Source: Planctomycetota bacterium (lineage in GTDB: Bacteria > Planctomycetota > PLA2 > JAEUHO01). Taken from it: a DNA stretch of 64,000 bases. This document shows, in pieces, positions 37,305-46,321 of the stretch. The translations under genes and the position numbers were made by a program. The notes under the pieces are model-generated. The model did not search any database, was not told the DNA's origin, and worked only from the letters and a program-made list of their open reading frames with translations. The stretch is taken from assembly GCA_050248855.1 (NCBI GenBank), contig JBFWRP010000011.1:64001-128000 (forward strand), given 5' to 3'. Position 1 is the stretch's first letter; each line of letters opens with the position of its first letter.

Positions 37305-37811
37305 ATGCGCGCAGGGATCGGGATCATGCCCCTCGTATGGGGCACTTTTGTCGTGGCGGGCTGCCTGTCGGCAGCGCCGGCGCTCGGGGACGAGGGCCGC
37401 ACGTCGTCTCCGTCCCGCCGGATGGTCCGCGTGTCGACCAGTCCGGAAGGCGCTGCTCCGCGCACGGTGCGCCGCGTGTCCACGTCGAGTGCGAATCGGC
37501 CGGTTCCGGTCAGCTCGAGCAGCGGCACGTGGGTCCAGACGCGCTGGGTGTCGGCCGCTTCGCCCCGCACGACGCGCGTCGTGTGGGTGCGCGTCCCCGC
37601 GGACGTCGACCACCCCGCTCCCCCGCCGGCGGCAGGCGTCACCCGCACGCCTGCTCCGCGGCGCGTGGAGGTCGCTTCGGCGGCCCCGTCGGCGCCTGCT
37701 CCCCTCTCACGTGCCGCGGCACCGGCCCGACAGCCCGTGGCCGTCCCCGTGGCGCCCCGCTCGCGGACGCGCTACGTGCCCATCGGCGGCGGCCCCGCCT
37801 GCGGCACCTGA
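37305..37811 (+). CDS. Hypothetical secreted low-complexity protein
   Basis: Signal-peptide-like N-terminus then Ser/Arg/Pro/Val-rich sequence; GGAG upstream of ATG. Confidence 0.45.
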   Translation: MRAGIGIMPLVWGTFVVAGCLSAAPALGDEGRTSSPSRRMVRVSTSPEGAAPRTVRRVSTSSANRPVPVSSSSGTWVQTRWVSAASPRTTRVVWVRVPADVDHPAPPPAAGVTRTPAPRRVEVASAAPSAPAPLSRAAAPARQPVAVPVAPRSRTRYVPIGGGPACGT

Positions 37812-37989
37812 CGCTAGGCCCTCGGGCTCCGTCGGAGCCCCTCGCTTCACGCGTATCACCTGACCGGAGCGCCACCGTGGCCATGGGCTCCGTCACCCGT
37901 CGTGCCCCGTGCAGGCGCCCCCCTCGAGGCAGGGCCCCGCGCGGGGCGCTCCTGCATTCGGCTACACTCGGCCGTCGTCTTCGGGGGGA

Positions 37990-38616
37990 ATGCCCGTGGG
38001 TGCCACCGAGATGCGTCGCGTCACCTTTTGGCTGCTCCCGGAGGCCGCGCTCGCCACCGAGCTCGCCGGCGTCATGGAGGCCGTGCGCCACAGCGGGGTC
38101 GGCGCCTTCCGCGAGGCGCTGCACCCTTCCTTCGCGCCGCACGTCACGCTGGGCTCTGCGGCCCTGCCCGACGACCTCGACGTGGCACACCTGCTCGTGG
38201 AGGTCGGGCGTCGCCATGGGCCGCAGCGGCTCGCGGTGGCCGGCACGCTCTCGGCCCCGGATCCCGAGGACGAGGACTGGACGCTCTGGCGCAGCCTCGC
38301 GCTGGATCTCGTGCCGTCCGCCTCCCTGCTCGCGCTGACCGCAGGCCTGGCGCACCGCCTCGATGCGGACTTGGTGACGCCGGAGATCCCGCACATCAGC
38401 CTGCACTACTCGCGGCTGGGCCGTACCGCCAAGCTGCGACTCCTGGAGCAGCTGGGGCCGCCCGACCTCGTGCACCGCTGGCCGTCGATGGGCTTCGATC
38501 GCGTCGCCGTCGTCGAAGAGCGCACGGCGCGCGACGACGAGCTGGAACGCCTTGCCGGCTGGATCCCCAAGCACGTCACGCCGCTGCTCGGGACTCCCAC
38601 GCACATCCCGGCCTGA
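37990..38616 (+). CDS. 2H phosphoesterase (cyclic phosphodiesterase / 2'-5' RNA ligase-like); start 37990 or 38011
   Basis: Two Hx(T/S) motifs, FAPHVTL and IPHISL, plus N-terminal FWLLP. Confidence 0.72.
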   Translation: MPVGATEMRRVTFWLLPEAALATELAGVMEAVRHSGVGAFREALHPSFAPHVTLGSAALPDDLDVAHLLVEVGRRHGPQRLAVAGTLSAPDPEDEDWTLWRSLALDLVPSASLLALTAGLAHRLDADLVTPEIPHISLHYSRLGRTAKLRLLEQLGPPDLVHRWPSMGFDRVAVVEERTARDDELERLAGWIPKHVTPLLGTPTHIPA

Positions 38617-38727
38617 CTGCCTGGGCGGCGCTCACGGGCTCGAGCGTGGGCTTGCCTGGGCGGTCCGCGCCACGGGGCACTCCTGGGCCGGGCCTGCCCT
38701 TTCGCCCGCCTTCGACCAGCGGGTGCG

Positions 38728-40320
38728 TCAGCGACCCACGAGCCGACGGAACCGCTCGGGATCGGCCTCGTTCCACTCGCGGGCCCACGGCGTGGTCTCG
38801 GGGGCTTCCAGGAGCTGGCCGCTGTGCAGCCAGTCGTAGAGCTCGCCGTAGTGCTTCGTGACGACGCCGTCGACGCGCCGGCGCACATGGTGGGGTCGGA
38901 TCTCCTCGGGGCGCTGGAGGCCGGCGGCACCCAGCAGCTCGAGGAACGCATGCACGGTCTCGTGCTGGTAGGACGCGACGCGCGCCGCCTTGTCCTCCAC
39001 GTCGAGCCCGTGCACGAGGGCCGCCTTCTGCGTGGCCACGCCCACTGGACACTCGTTGCTGTTGCAGCGGCGGGCCTGGATGCAACCGAGCGCGAACATC
39101 ATTCCACGTGCGGACGCGACGACGTCGGCGCCGAGCGCACGCAGGCGGAACAGGTGGAAGCCCGTGATCGACTTGCCGCTGGCGACGACGCGGATCCGCT
39201 CGTCGAGCCCCAGTCCCACGAGCAGGTTGCGCACCGCGATGAGGCCCTCGCGCAGCGGCGTCCCCACGCGGTTGCTGAACTCCAGCGGTGCCGCGCCCGT
39301 CCCGCCCTCGCCGCCATCGACGGCGATGTAGTCCGGGCCGTCTCCATGCCGCACGATGGCCTTGCCGAGCGCGAGAAGCTCCACGGGATCGCCCACGCAC
39401 AGCTTGATGCCCACGGGCTTCCCGTCGCACGCATCGCGCAGGTCGTCCAGCCACTGCACCAGCTGCAGGGGTGTCCGGAACGCCGTGTGCGCGGGCGGCG
39501 AGAGCACGTCTTGGCCCATCGGCACGCCACGGATCGCGGCGATCTCGGGCGTCAGCTTGGCCGCCGGCAGGATGCCGCCATGCCCGGGCTTGGCCCCCTG
39601 GCTGAGCTTGACCTCGATCATCTTGACGTGCGGATGACTCGCCCGCTCGCGGAAGGCGCCGATGTCGAAGCCGCCCCGCGCGTTGCGACAGCCGAAGTAG
39701 CCCGTCCCGATCTGCCAGATGACATCCCCGCCGGGCTCGAGGTGGTAGCGGCTCAGGCCGCCCTCGCCCGTGTTGTGCGCGAAGCCGCCGCGCCGCGCGC
39801 CCTCGTTCAGCGCCAGGATCGCGTTGCGCGAGAGCGACCCGTAGCTCATGGCGCTCACGTGGAGCAGGGCGCCGTCGTAGGGTCGCTTGCGCCGACCTCC
39901 GAAGCGCACGCGCGGCGCCTCGACCGGCGGCGGCAACGCGTCCATCGAGTGGTCGATCCACTCGTAGCCCGGTGCGTACACATCGCGCTGCGTGCCGAAC
40001 GGCAGCGTGTCCAGGACGCGCTTGCTGCGCTGGTAGACGATCGAGCGCTGCTCGCGGTTGATGGGTGTCCCGTCGGTGTTGGACTCGACGAAGTACTGCT
40101 GGATCTCCGGGCGGATCATCTCGAACAGGTAGCGGAACCGACCGATCAGGGGCCAGTTGCGTCGTACGGCTTGACGGCGCTGCAAGGCGTCTTGCAGCCC
40201 GAGCGCGATGAGGGGACCGACGACCCACAGTGCGTGGAGGGCCCCGCGCCAGCGGACGGCCAAGCCCCCGATGACGAGCAGGGCCACGACGCTTCCGAGG
40301 TAGAACCAACGGCGGAACAT
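38728..40320 (-). CDS. FMN-binding glutamate synthase family protein with N-terminal TM helices
   Basis: Start ATG 40320; SAMSYGSLS, HNTGEGG, IEVKLSQGAKPGHGG, DGGEGGTGAAP, CIQARRCNSNECPVGVATQ (3Fe-4S motif). Confidence 0.92.
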   Translation of the reverse strand: MFRRWFYLGSVVALLVIGGLAVRWRGALHALWVVGPLIALGLQDALQRRQAVRRNWPLIGRFRYLFEMIRPEIQQYFVESNTDGTPINREQRSIVYQRSKRVLDTLPFGTQRDVYAPGYEWIDHSMDALPPPVEAPRVRFGGRRKRPYDGALLHVSAMSYGSLSRNAILALNEGARRGGFAHNTGEGGLSRYHLEPGGDVIWQIGTGYFGCRNARGGFDIGAFRERASHPHVKMIEVKLSQGAKPGHGGILPAAKLTPEIAAIRGVPMGQDVLSPPAHTAFRTPLQLVQWLDDLRDACDGKPVGIKLCVGDPVELLALGKAIVRHGDGPDYIAVDGGEGGTGAAPLEFSNRVGTPLREGLIAVRNLLVGLGLDERIRVVASGKSITGFHLFRLRALGADVVASARGMMFALGCIQARRCNSNECPVGVATQKAALVHGLDVEDKAARVASYQHETVHAFLELLGAAGLQRPEEIRPHHVRRRVDGVVTKHYGELYDWLHSGQLLEAPETTPWAREWNEADPERFRRLVGR

Positions 40321-40420
40321 GTCTCCGAGCGTACCCGCGCGCCGCCGGGACCGTTCACGGTGCGAGGGGAAGCGGCCGGGTGGCGTCGCGCGCCGCGCGC
40401 GTAGAATCCCGTGACCTTCG

Positions 40421-42196
40421 ATGCGCCCCACCGACCTGCCCGAGCCCGGCGAGATCGTCGATGACTTCCTGCTCGTCGAGCGCCTCGGCCAGGGCGCGTT
40501 TGCGGACGTCTGGCTCGCGCGCCAAGTGAGCCTGCAGCGCATGGTGGCGCTCAAGATCAGCGCCGACGCGGGGCAAGAGCCGGCCACGTTGGCCCAGCTG
40601 GACCATCCCCACGTGGTGCGCGTCTTCGACCAGCGGGCGGTGCCCGGTCGTGACTGGCGTCTGCTGTACATGGAGGTCGTGCCCGGCGGCACCTTGGACG
40701 AGGTGATCGCACGCGTGCGCGCCCAGGCTCCCGGGGACCGCAGCGGGCGCCTCCTGCTCGAGGCGATCGACGAAGCCTTGGCGCAGCGCAGCGAGCCTCC
40801 GCCGGCCGACAGCCTCGTGCGTCGCGAGCTGTCCGGTCTCACCTGGCCGCAGACGGTCGCGCGCTTGGGGGCCGAGCTGGCCGAGGCGCTCCATCACGCC
40901 CATGGCGAGGGCGTGCTCCATCGCGACGTCAAGCCGGCCAACGTCCTCCTCGCGGCCAACGGCGTGCCCAAGCTCGCCGACTTCAACATCGCCTATGCGC
41001 AGGCCGTGGACGACGCGCCTCCGGAGGAGACGCTGGGCGGAAGCGTCGCCTACATGGCGCCGGAGCAGCTTCGCGCGCTCAGCCCCTTCCACGACGACGA
41101 AGCCGCGCACATGGACGGGCGGGCCGATCTCTACGCGTTGGGGGTGCTCTTGGTGGAGCTGCTTGCCGGCGAGCTGCCCTGGCCCGAGCGCACGCCGCCG
41201 CGCGACGGCGACTGGCGGCCGTTCGTGGAGGAGCTGCTCGAGGATCGGCGCCAAGCGGCGCACCTCACGCTCCCGGCGGACACGCCGCCGTCGCTGGCCC
41301 GGGCCGTGGCCGCCGCCCTGGCCTACGAGCCCGAGGCGCGCCCCGCCGACGGCGCGACGTTGGCCCGCCGCCTGCGCTTGGCCCTGCACCCGGAGGTCGA
41401 GCGTCGCGTCGAGCAGGCCGACCGCGGTTGGGCCGGCTTCGTGCGGCGGTGGCCCACGGCGAGCCTGCTGGCGGCGATCGCGCTTCCGAGCGTCGTGCTG
41501 GGCACGCTCAACGTCCTCTACAACCTGCGTGCGGTCATCGAGAAGGACCCCGCATGGGGCTCGTTCGAGCAACAGGTGGGTCTCGTGAATGCCGTTGCCT
41601 ACGCGCTCGGCCTGGGGCTCTTGGCGTGGTTCGCACGTCCTTTCGCGCGCGCCGTGCGCGCCGACGCCGCGGGCGAGCCAGCGACCGCCACGGACGTCGC
41701 GAGGGCCCTCGACCTGCCGCGGCGCGCCGCGTGCGTCGTGCTCCCCCTCTGGATCCTGGGCGGGCTCGCGTTCCCCGTCTGGCGGACCCTCGAAGGCGGC
41801 GTCGTCGGGGGAGCGGCTTGGAGCCACTTCGTGGTCAGCAACGTCCTCTTCGGCGTGCTGGCGGCCACGGGGGCGTTCTTCAATGCCGCTGCGGTGATCG
41901 TCGTGGGCGCTCTCGCTCCCGTCCTGGCTCCCCCACGCCCCGCCCCCTGGCCGGAGGACGCAGCGCAGCGCCTGGAGCGGCGCGCGCAGGTCTGCTTCGG
42001 TGCCAGCGTGGCGGTGCCGTTCGTGTCGGTCGTGGCCAACACGTTCATGCCCCACGACGAGCAAGCCGTGTACCTGGTCCTGGGCCTGCTGGGCGTCGTC
42101 GCCTTCGGCCTTGCCTGGCTGCTGCACGACCTCGTGCGCCGGACGCTGGCGGCCCTGCGCCGAGCCACGGCCGCCGCTGGCAGCGCCAGCCTCTGA
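40421..42196 (+). CDS. Hanks-type Ser/Thr protein kinase with multi-pass C-terminal membrane domain
   Basis: GQGAFADV, VALK, HRDVKPAN, DFN, YMAPEQ, DLYALG; about 6 hydrophobic segments C-terminally. Confidence 0.92.
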   Translation: MRPTDLPEPGEIVDDFLLVERLGQGAFADVWLARQVSLQRMVALKISADAGQEPATLAQLDHPHVVRVFDQRAVPGRDWRLLYMEVVPGGTLDEVIARVRAQAPGDRSGRLLLEAIDEALAQRSEPPPADSLVRRELSGLTWPQTVARLGAELAEALHHAHGEGVLHRDVKPANVLLAANGVPKLADFNIAYAQAVDDAPPEETLGGSVAYMAPEQLRALSPFHDDEAAHMDGRADLYALGVLLVELLAGELPWPERTPPRDGDWRPFVEELLEDRRQAAHLTLPADTPPSLARAVAAALAYEPEARPADGATLARRLRLALHPEVERRVEQADRGWAGFVRRWPTASLLAAIALPSVVLGTLNVLYNLRAVIEKDPAWGSFEQQVGLVNAVAYALGLGLLAWFARPFARAVRADAAGEPATATDVARALDLPRRAACVVLPLWILGGLAFPVWRTLEGGVVGGAAWSHFVVSNVLFGVLAATGAFFNAAAVIVVGALAPVLAPPRPAPWPEDAAQRLERRAQVCFGASVAVPFVSVVANTFMPHDEQAVYLVLGLLGVVAFGLAWLLHDLVRRTLAALRRATAAAGSASL

Positions 42197-42238
42197 ACGA
42201 ACGCCAGGCGGAGAGCGACCACCCCGACGAGGAAGGGA

Positions 42239-42323
42239 TGGTGGCGGGAGACGGATTCGAACCGCCGAAGGCTAAGCCAGCAGATTTACAGTCTGCCCTC
42301 GTTGACCACTTGAGTATCCCGCC
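42239..42323 (-). tRNA. tRNA-Tyr (GTA)
   Basis: GGCGGGATACTCAAGTGGTCAACGAGGGCAGACTGTAAATCTGCTGGCTTAGCCTTCGGCGGTTCGAATCCGTCTCCCGCCACCA; long variable arm. Confidence 0.95.
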
Positions 42324-42487
42324 GTGTCGCCGATCAGGCCCGGAGGTCATACCGCCGCGCCCCCCGCGGGTCACGTTTTGGGACCCGCGGCCGCGGCCTT
42401 GGACGGGGGAGGAATGGACGGACGCGTGGCGTCGGCCCGACCCGACCCGCTCGACGCGACGTCTGCGACTGCCCGTGAGCGCGAACG

Positions 42488-42559
42488 AGCCGGCGGTCGG
42501 GGTCGAACCGACGACCTGCGGTTTACAAAACCGCTGCTCTACCGCTGAGCTACGCCGGC
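42488..42559 (-). tRNA. tRNA-Thr (TGT), CCA not encoded
   Basis: GCCGGCGTAGCTCAGCGGTAGAGCAGCGGTTTTGTAAACCGCAGGTCGTCGGTTCGACCCCGACCGCCGGCT. Confidence 0.95.
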
Positions 42560-42569
42560 ATGCGCGAGG

Positions 42570-42598
42570 ACCGTAGGCAGGCGCCCTCGCGGCGTCAA
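42570..42598 (-). promoter_or_regulatory. Putative sigma70 promoter for tRNA-Thr/tRNA-Tyr
   Basis: TTGACG-N17-TACGGT ending 10 nt before the tRNA-Thr 5' end. Confidence 0.65.
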
Positions 42599-43776
42599 GA
42601 CGGGGTGCCCACTTCCGGCAAGCCGGGGGTGGAACCTGCCAGCAGCGCTTCGACGCGTGCACGATGTGCGGCGATGGCCGTGCGGACTTCGTCGAGGTGG
42701 GCACCGCCGAAGCGGCGGCGCACATGGCGGGCGATCTCGAGCGCGACGACGGCCTCGGCGACGATCGCGCAGCGGCTGACCGCGCACACGTCGCTGCGCT
42801 CCACGCGCGCGGGAGCTTGCGTGCCGTCGCGCAGGTCCACGCTGGGCAGGGCCTGGCGCAGCGTGGCCAGCGGCTTCATGGCCGCCCGCACGACGATCGG
42901 CTGGCCGTTGCTCGTGCCGCCTTCGATGCCGCCGGCGGCATTGCCCGCGCGGGCCGGCACGCGTCCGTCCGGCGCCGGCATGATCGGGTCGTGCACGGCG
43001 CTGCCGCGCAGGGCCGCGGCACGGAAGCCGAGGCCGATGTCCATGCCGCGCACGGCAGGGATGCCCATCAGGGCCGCCGCCAGTCCGGCGGACAGCTTGC
43101 CCTCCGGACGCTCGTGTCCGCCGAGCCCGGCCGGCACGCCCGTCGCGACGACTTCGACCACCCCGCCCAACGTGTCGCCGTCTCGCCCCGCGGCGTCGAT
43201 CGCCGCGCGCGCTTCGTCCTGGGCGGTGGCGGGACCCAGCGCGTGCAGGTCGGAAGCGTCGCGCGTCGCGCGTGCGGCCTCGAGGTCCAGGCCCGGCTCT
43301 GCCGCGACGTCCACCCCGCCGACGGCCACCACGTGGCCGACCACGTGGACACCCAGCGCCTCCAGGAAGGCCGCGGCCAACGCGCCGGCGGCAACGCGTA
43401 CCGCGGTCTCGCGTGCGCTCGCGCGCTCGATCACGTCGCGCACGTCGACGAGCCCGCGGTTCAGCGCGCCCGCCAAGTCCGCGTGCCCCGGGCGCGGTGC
43501 GTGGACGGGCGGCAGGTGGGCGTAGCGCGTGTCGCGATTGGCGATCGAAAGCGCGATGGGGTTGCCGGTGGTCAGGCCGTCGCGCACGCCGGCGAGCAGT
43601 TCGACCGTGTCGCGCTCGGTACGCTGACGGGCGCTGTTCCCGCGCCCCCGCTGCCGCGCCGCCAAGCGCCCGTCGATGTAGGCGGTATCCGCGGGTGAGC
43701 CGGCCGGCAGGCCAGCGAGGATCGCCACGAGGCTCTGGCCGTGGCTCTCGCCAGCCGTCTCCAGGAGCAGCTCCAT
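42595..43776 (-). CDS. aroC: Chorismate synthase
   Basis: Start ATG 43776; TAGESHG, PRPGHADL, ERASARETA, NAAGGIEGGTSNG, AMKPLATL, ERSDVC. Confidence 0.96.
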   Translation of the reverse strand: MELLLETAGESHGQSLVAILAGLPAGSPADTAYIDGRLAARQRGRGNSARQRTERDTVELLAGVRDGLTTGNPIALSIANRDTRYAHLPPVHAPRPGHADLAGALNRGLVDVRDVIERASARETAVRVAAGALAAAFLEALGVHVVGHVVAVGGVDVAAEPGLDLEAARATRDASDLHALGPATAQDEARAAIDAAGRDGDTLGGVVEVVATGVPAGLGGHERPEGKLSAGLAAALMGIPAVRGMDIGLGFRAAALRGSAVHDPIMPAPDGRVPARAGNAAGGIEGGTSNGQPIVVRAAMKPLATLRQALPSVDLRDGTQAPARVERSDVCAVSRCAIVAEAVVALEIARHVRRRFGGAHLDEVRTAIAAHRARVEALLAGSTPGLPEVGTPS

Positions 43777-43828
43777 CGGCGGCACTGTACGATGCTGCCG
43801 CCCCTCCGACCCGGAGAGGATCGTCCCC

Positions 43829-44701
43829 ATGTCCAACCCCGCCCCTGGCTCTGCACCTCGCCCCCGCTCGTCGCGTGGGGAGGGAGGTCTTGGCGCCCGG
43901 CTCGAAGCCACGCTCAAGGAGCGCGCCCCCCAGCCCAAAGGCAAGGGTGTCGTGATGCTCGTCCTGGCGTTGGCCGTCGTCGTCGCCGTCATCGTCGACA
44001 TGCGCCGACGTGAAGGCCAGCGCGAGGAGATCGCCGAGGAACGCGCCGCCCAGGACGCCGCTGCGGGCGGCAAGAACCCAGCCGAGGGGACGCCGGCGGC
44101 GGGCACCCCCACCGGCACGCCTCCGGCCACGCCTCCTGCCGAGACCGTGCCTCTGGATGCGGGCTTGGCGAAGCTGCCGCCGCCGCCCGACGAGCTGCCC
44201 GACTCCATGGAGTGGGTCCTGAAGCTCATGGCGTTCCTGCGGACGCCCGACACCGCCCGACAAGCCGCGCTCGTCACCGCCTTGGAGACCGCGCCCCCGG
44301 AGACGCGCCAGGTTGCGCGGGTCTACCTCGCGGAGCGGATCGAGGCGAGCCTGCGCGAAGGACGCGAGCGCACCGGGGCCTACATGGCCTTCCTCGCCCG
44401 CTTGGCGGACGAACCCGGCGCCGCGCCGCTTCCCGATCGCCTGCGCGAGCGCATGGCCGCGCACGCCGGACTCCTGCTCGACAGCCCGGATGCCGCCGAG
44501 GGTGCCATCCTCCTGCTCGGCTCGTTGCCGGAGAGCGAGCGCGCCGCGCGGAGCCTGCTCCGCGTGCTCGCCGACGACACGCGCCCGCTGGCGGTCCGCG
44601 TGCTCGCTGCCGTGGCGTTGCCGCGACCACTGCCCCCGGAGGCGCGCGCCCTGGCCGAGGACACCTCCACACCCGCGTGGCTGGTCAACGCACTCCGCTG
44701 A
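43829..44701 (+). CDS. Hypothetical membrane-anchored alpha-helical protein
   Basis: Single TM (VVMLVLALAVVVAVIV), Pro/Thr linker, helical C-terminal domain; codon usage looks coding. Confidence 0.6.
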   Translation: MSNPAPGSAPRPRSSRGEGGLGARLEATLKERAPQPKGKGVVMLVLALAVVVAVIVDMRRREGQREEIAEERAAQDAAAGGKNPAEGTPAAGTPTGTPPATPPAETVPLDAGLAKLPPPPDELPDSMEWVLKLMAFLRTPDTARQAALVTALETAPPETRQVARVYLAERIEASLREGRERTGAYMAFLARLADEPGAAPLPDRLRERMAAHAGLLLDSPDAAEGAILLLGSLPESERAARSLLRVLADDTRPLAVRVLAAVALPRPLPPEARALAEDTSTPAWLVNALR

Positions 44702-44905
44702 GAGGCTGGGCAGGAAGAGGCTGGGCAGGAAGGCAGGCCCAGCCTCCCAGGTGCCTGATGGCGCGGCCTGCCAAGGCAGGCCGACGCGTGACCACCCGTC
44801 GTCGCCGATGCTGGCGCGCCACGGTCGCCCTGGCGACCGGATCCGTGGCGGCTGCGAGCGAGGCCGAGAGGCGCGGACCACGGGTTTCCCGCACCGATCA
44901 CGCCC

Positions 44906-46183
44906 CTACTTCACGTACTTGAACTCGCCGCCGCCGGCCTTGGCCAAGTGCAGCATGAGGGGGTCCGGTTCGCCGCCCACGACGATGGCGTGCACGACGG
45001 TGCGCTGGAGGTCCAGTCGACCGAGCTTGTCCTCGACGATCTCGAACGGCGTGTTGTCGACGTTGTTGCGGCCGTCGCTGACCACGACCAAGGTGACGGG
45101 CATGCGGAAGGGCTCGCCAGCCGCTTCCTTCTCGGCCACGCGTTGGCGGACCAGGGCCAAACCGGCGTGCAGCGGCGTGAAGACGTCCGTCTTGCGGCCC
45201 GCCGCCACGCCTCGCAGGAAGTAGGCGATCTCCCCCTTGATCTCCGGCGTGGCCAAGACGAGCTCGGGCTTGAACAGCTTCATCTCCTCGGCGAAGAACA
45301 ACACCGCCACGTGGACGTCGCTGCCCAGACGCTCGATGGCCTGCACGAGCTCCGTGCGCACGCGCTGCAGGCCGGCGGGGCCCACCGAGCCGGACACGTC
45401 GATGACGAACACGACGTCCTTCGCGGCCAAGCGCAAGCCGAAGAAGGACGGCACGAGACCGCGCGTGACGTGCGGAGCCGGTCGCTCGGCGGGCGGTTCG
45501 CCGTCGCCCTCCACGGTGTTGTGCGCCCCGCTGCGCACGCGCGCGGCTTCGGCCTTCTCCCAGCGTGCGTACCAGCGTCCCCACAGGGCCGCGTCGTAGC
45601 CAAGGGCTTGGCCGCTGATCGCTTCGAGCGCCTCGGCGGCGGCCGTGGCCACGCGCACCTGCGCATCGCCGAGCCGCTCGATCAGGAGCGGCATCGCGTC
45701 GTGCCGACGCCTGTCCCCGAGCAGCAACAGGAGGCGCGCGCGGAACGTGGGATCCTCGTCCTCCTCCAGCAGGCGCGCCACGACCTCGAGCAGGGCCTGC
45801 CGACCGCCCAGCACCTCGAGGTAGGCCGCCTCCCGGATCACGGGATCGCGGTCGCCGAGGGCGGCCAGGATCACGGGCACCCACGAGGCGGTGGAGCCGA
45901 GGCGCGCGAGGGAGCGCACCATGAGCTGGCGCGTCTCCAGGTCCGGCTCGTCATCGAACGCCTTGCGCAGCAAGACGGTGGCGCGTCGCTTCTGGGCCTC
46001 GTCCAGGTGCGCGCGCATGTAGCCCACCTCGCCCACGGCCCGGCGGCGCTCCATGAGGTCTTCGGCCTTCAGCCCCCGCTTGAGCTCGGCCAACAGCTCG
46101 TCACCGAGGTCGGAGGCGCGCGCCGCCTGCGGGCCGAGGAGGACGCCGAGCAGCAGCGCCAGCCCCAGGGGGGCCGCGAGCAT
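44906..46183 (-). CDS. Secreted HEAT-repeat + VWA domain protein (start uncertain)
   Basis: Signal peptide, HEAT repeats, MIDAS motif VVFVIDVSGS, VVSDGRNN. Confidence 0.82.
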   Translation of the reverse strand: MLAAPLGLALLLGVLLGPQAARASDLGDELLAELKRGLKAEDLMERRRAVGEVGYMRAHLDEAQKRRATVLLRKAFDDEPDLETRQLMVRSLARLGSTASWVPVILAALGDRDPVIREAAYLEVLGGRQALLEVVARLLEEDEDPTFRARLLLLLGDRRRHDAMPLLIERLGDAQVRVATAAAEALEAISGQALGYDAALWGRWYARWEKAEAARVRSGAHNTVEGDGEPPAERPAPHVTRGLVPSFFGLRLAAKDVVFVIDVSGSVGPAGLQRVRTELVQAIERLGSDVHVAVLFFAEEMKLFKPELVLATPEIKGEIAYFLRGVAAGRKTDVFTPLHAGLALVRQRVAEKEAAGEPFRMPVTLVVVSDGRNNVDNTPFEIVEDKLGRLDLQRTVVHAIVVGGEPDPLMLHLAKAGGGEFKYVK

Positions 46184-46321
46184 TGGACGAAGGCCACGGT
46201 GCGGGACGGACGCAGGCACGACCCCATTGTGAACGACCTGCGGCGGCCGCCGACGCATGGATTCACCGCCAGGGGTCCCGGGTGCCTCTACCCGTGCGCG
46301 GCACCCGAGGCCGCGCCCGGG

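Noticed and set aside
30262..42238. Active integrative element or prophage at tRNA-Tyr
   Set aside because: No integrase, phage or conjugation genes and no visible att duplication; kept only as an old insertion
44702..44760. 15-bp direct repeat plus hairpin between convergent genes
   Set aside because: Probably a simple terminator-like hairpin with a local duplication; too short to assign, apart from the family B-like remnant noted above
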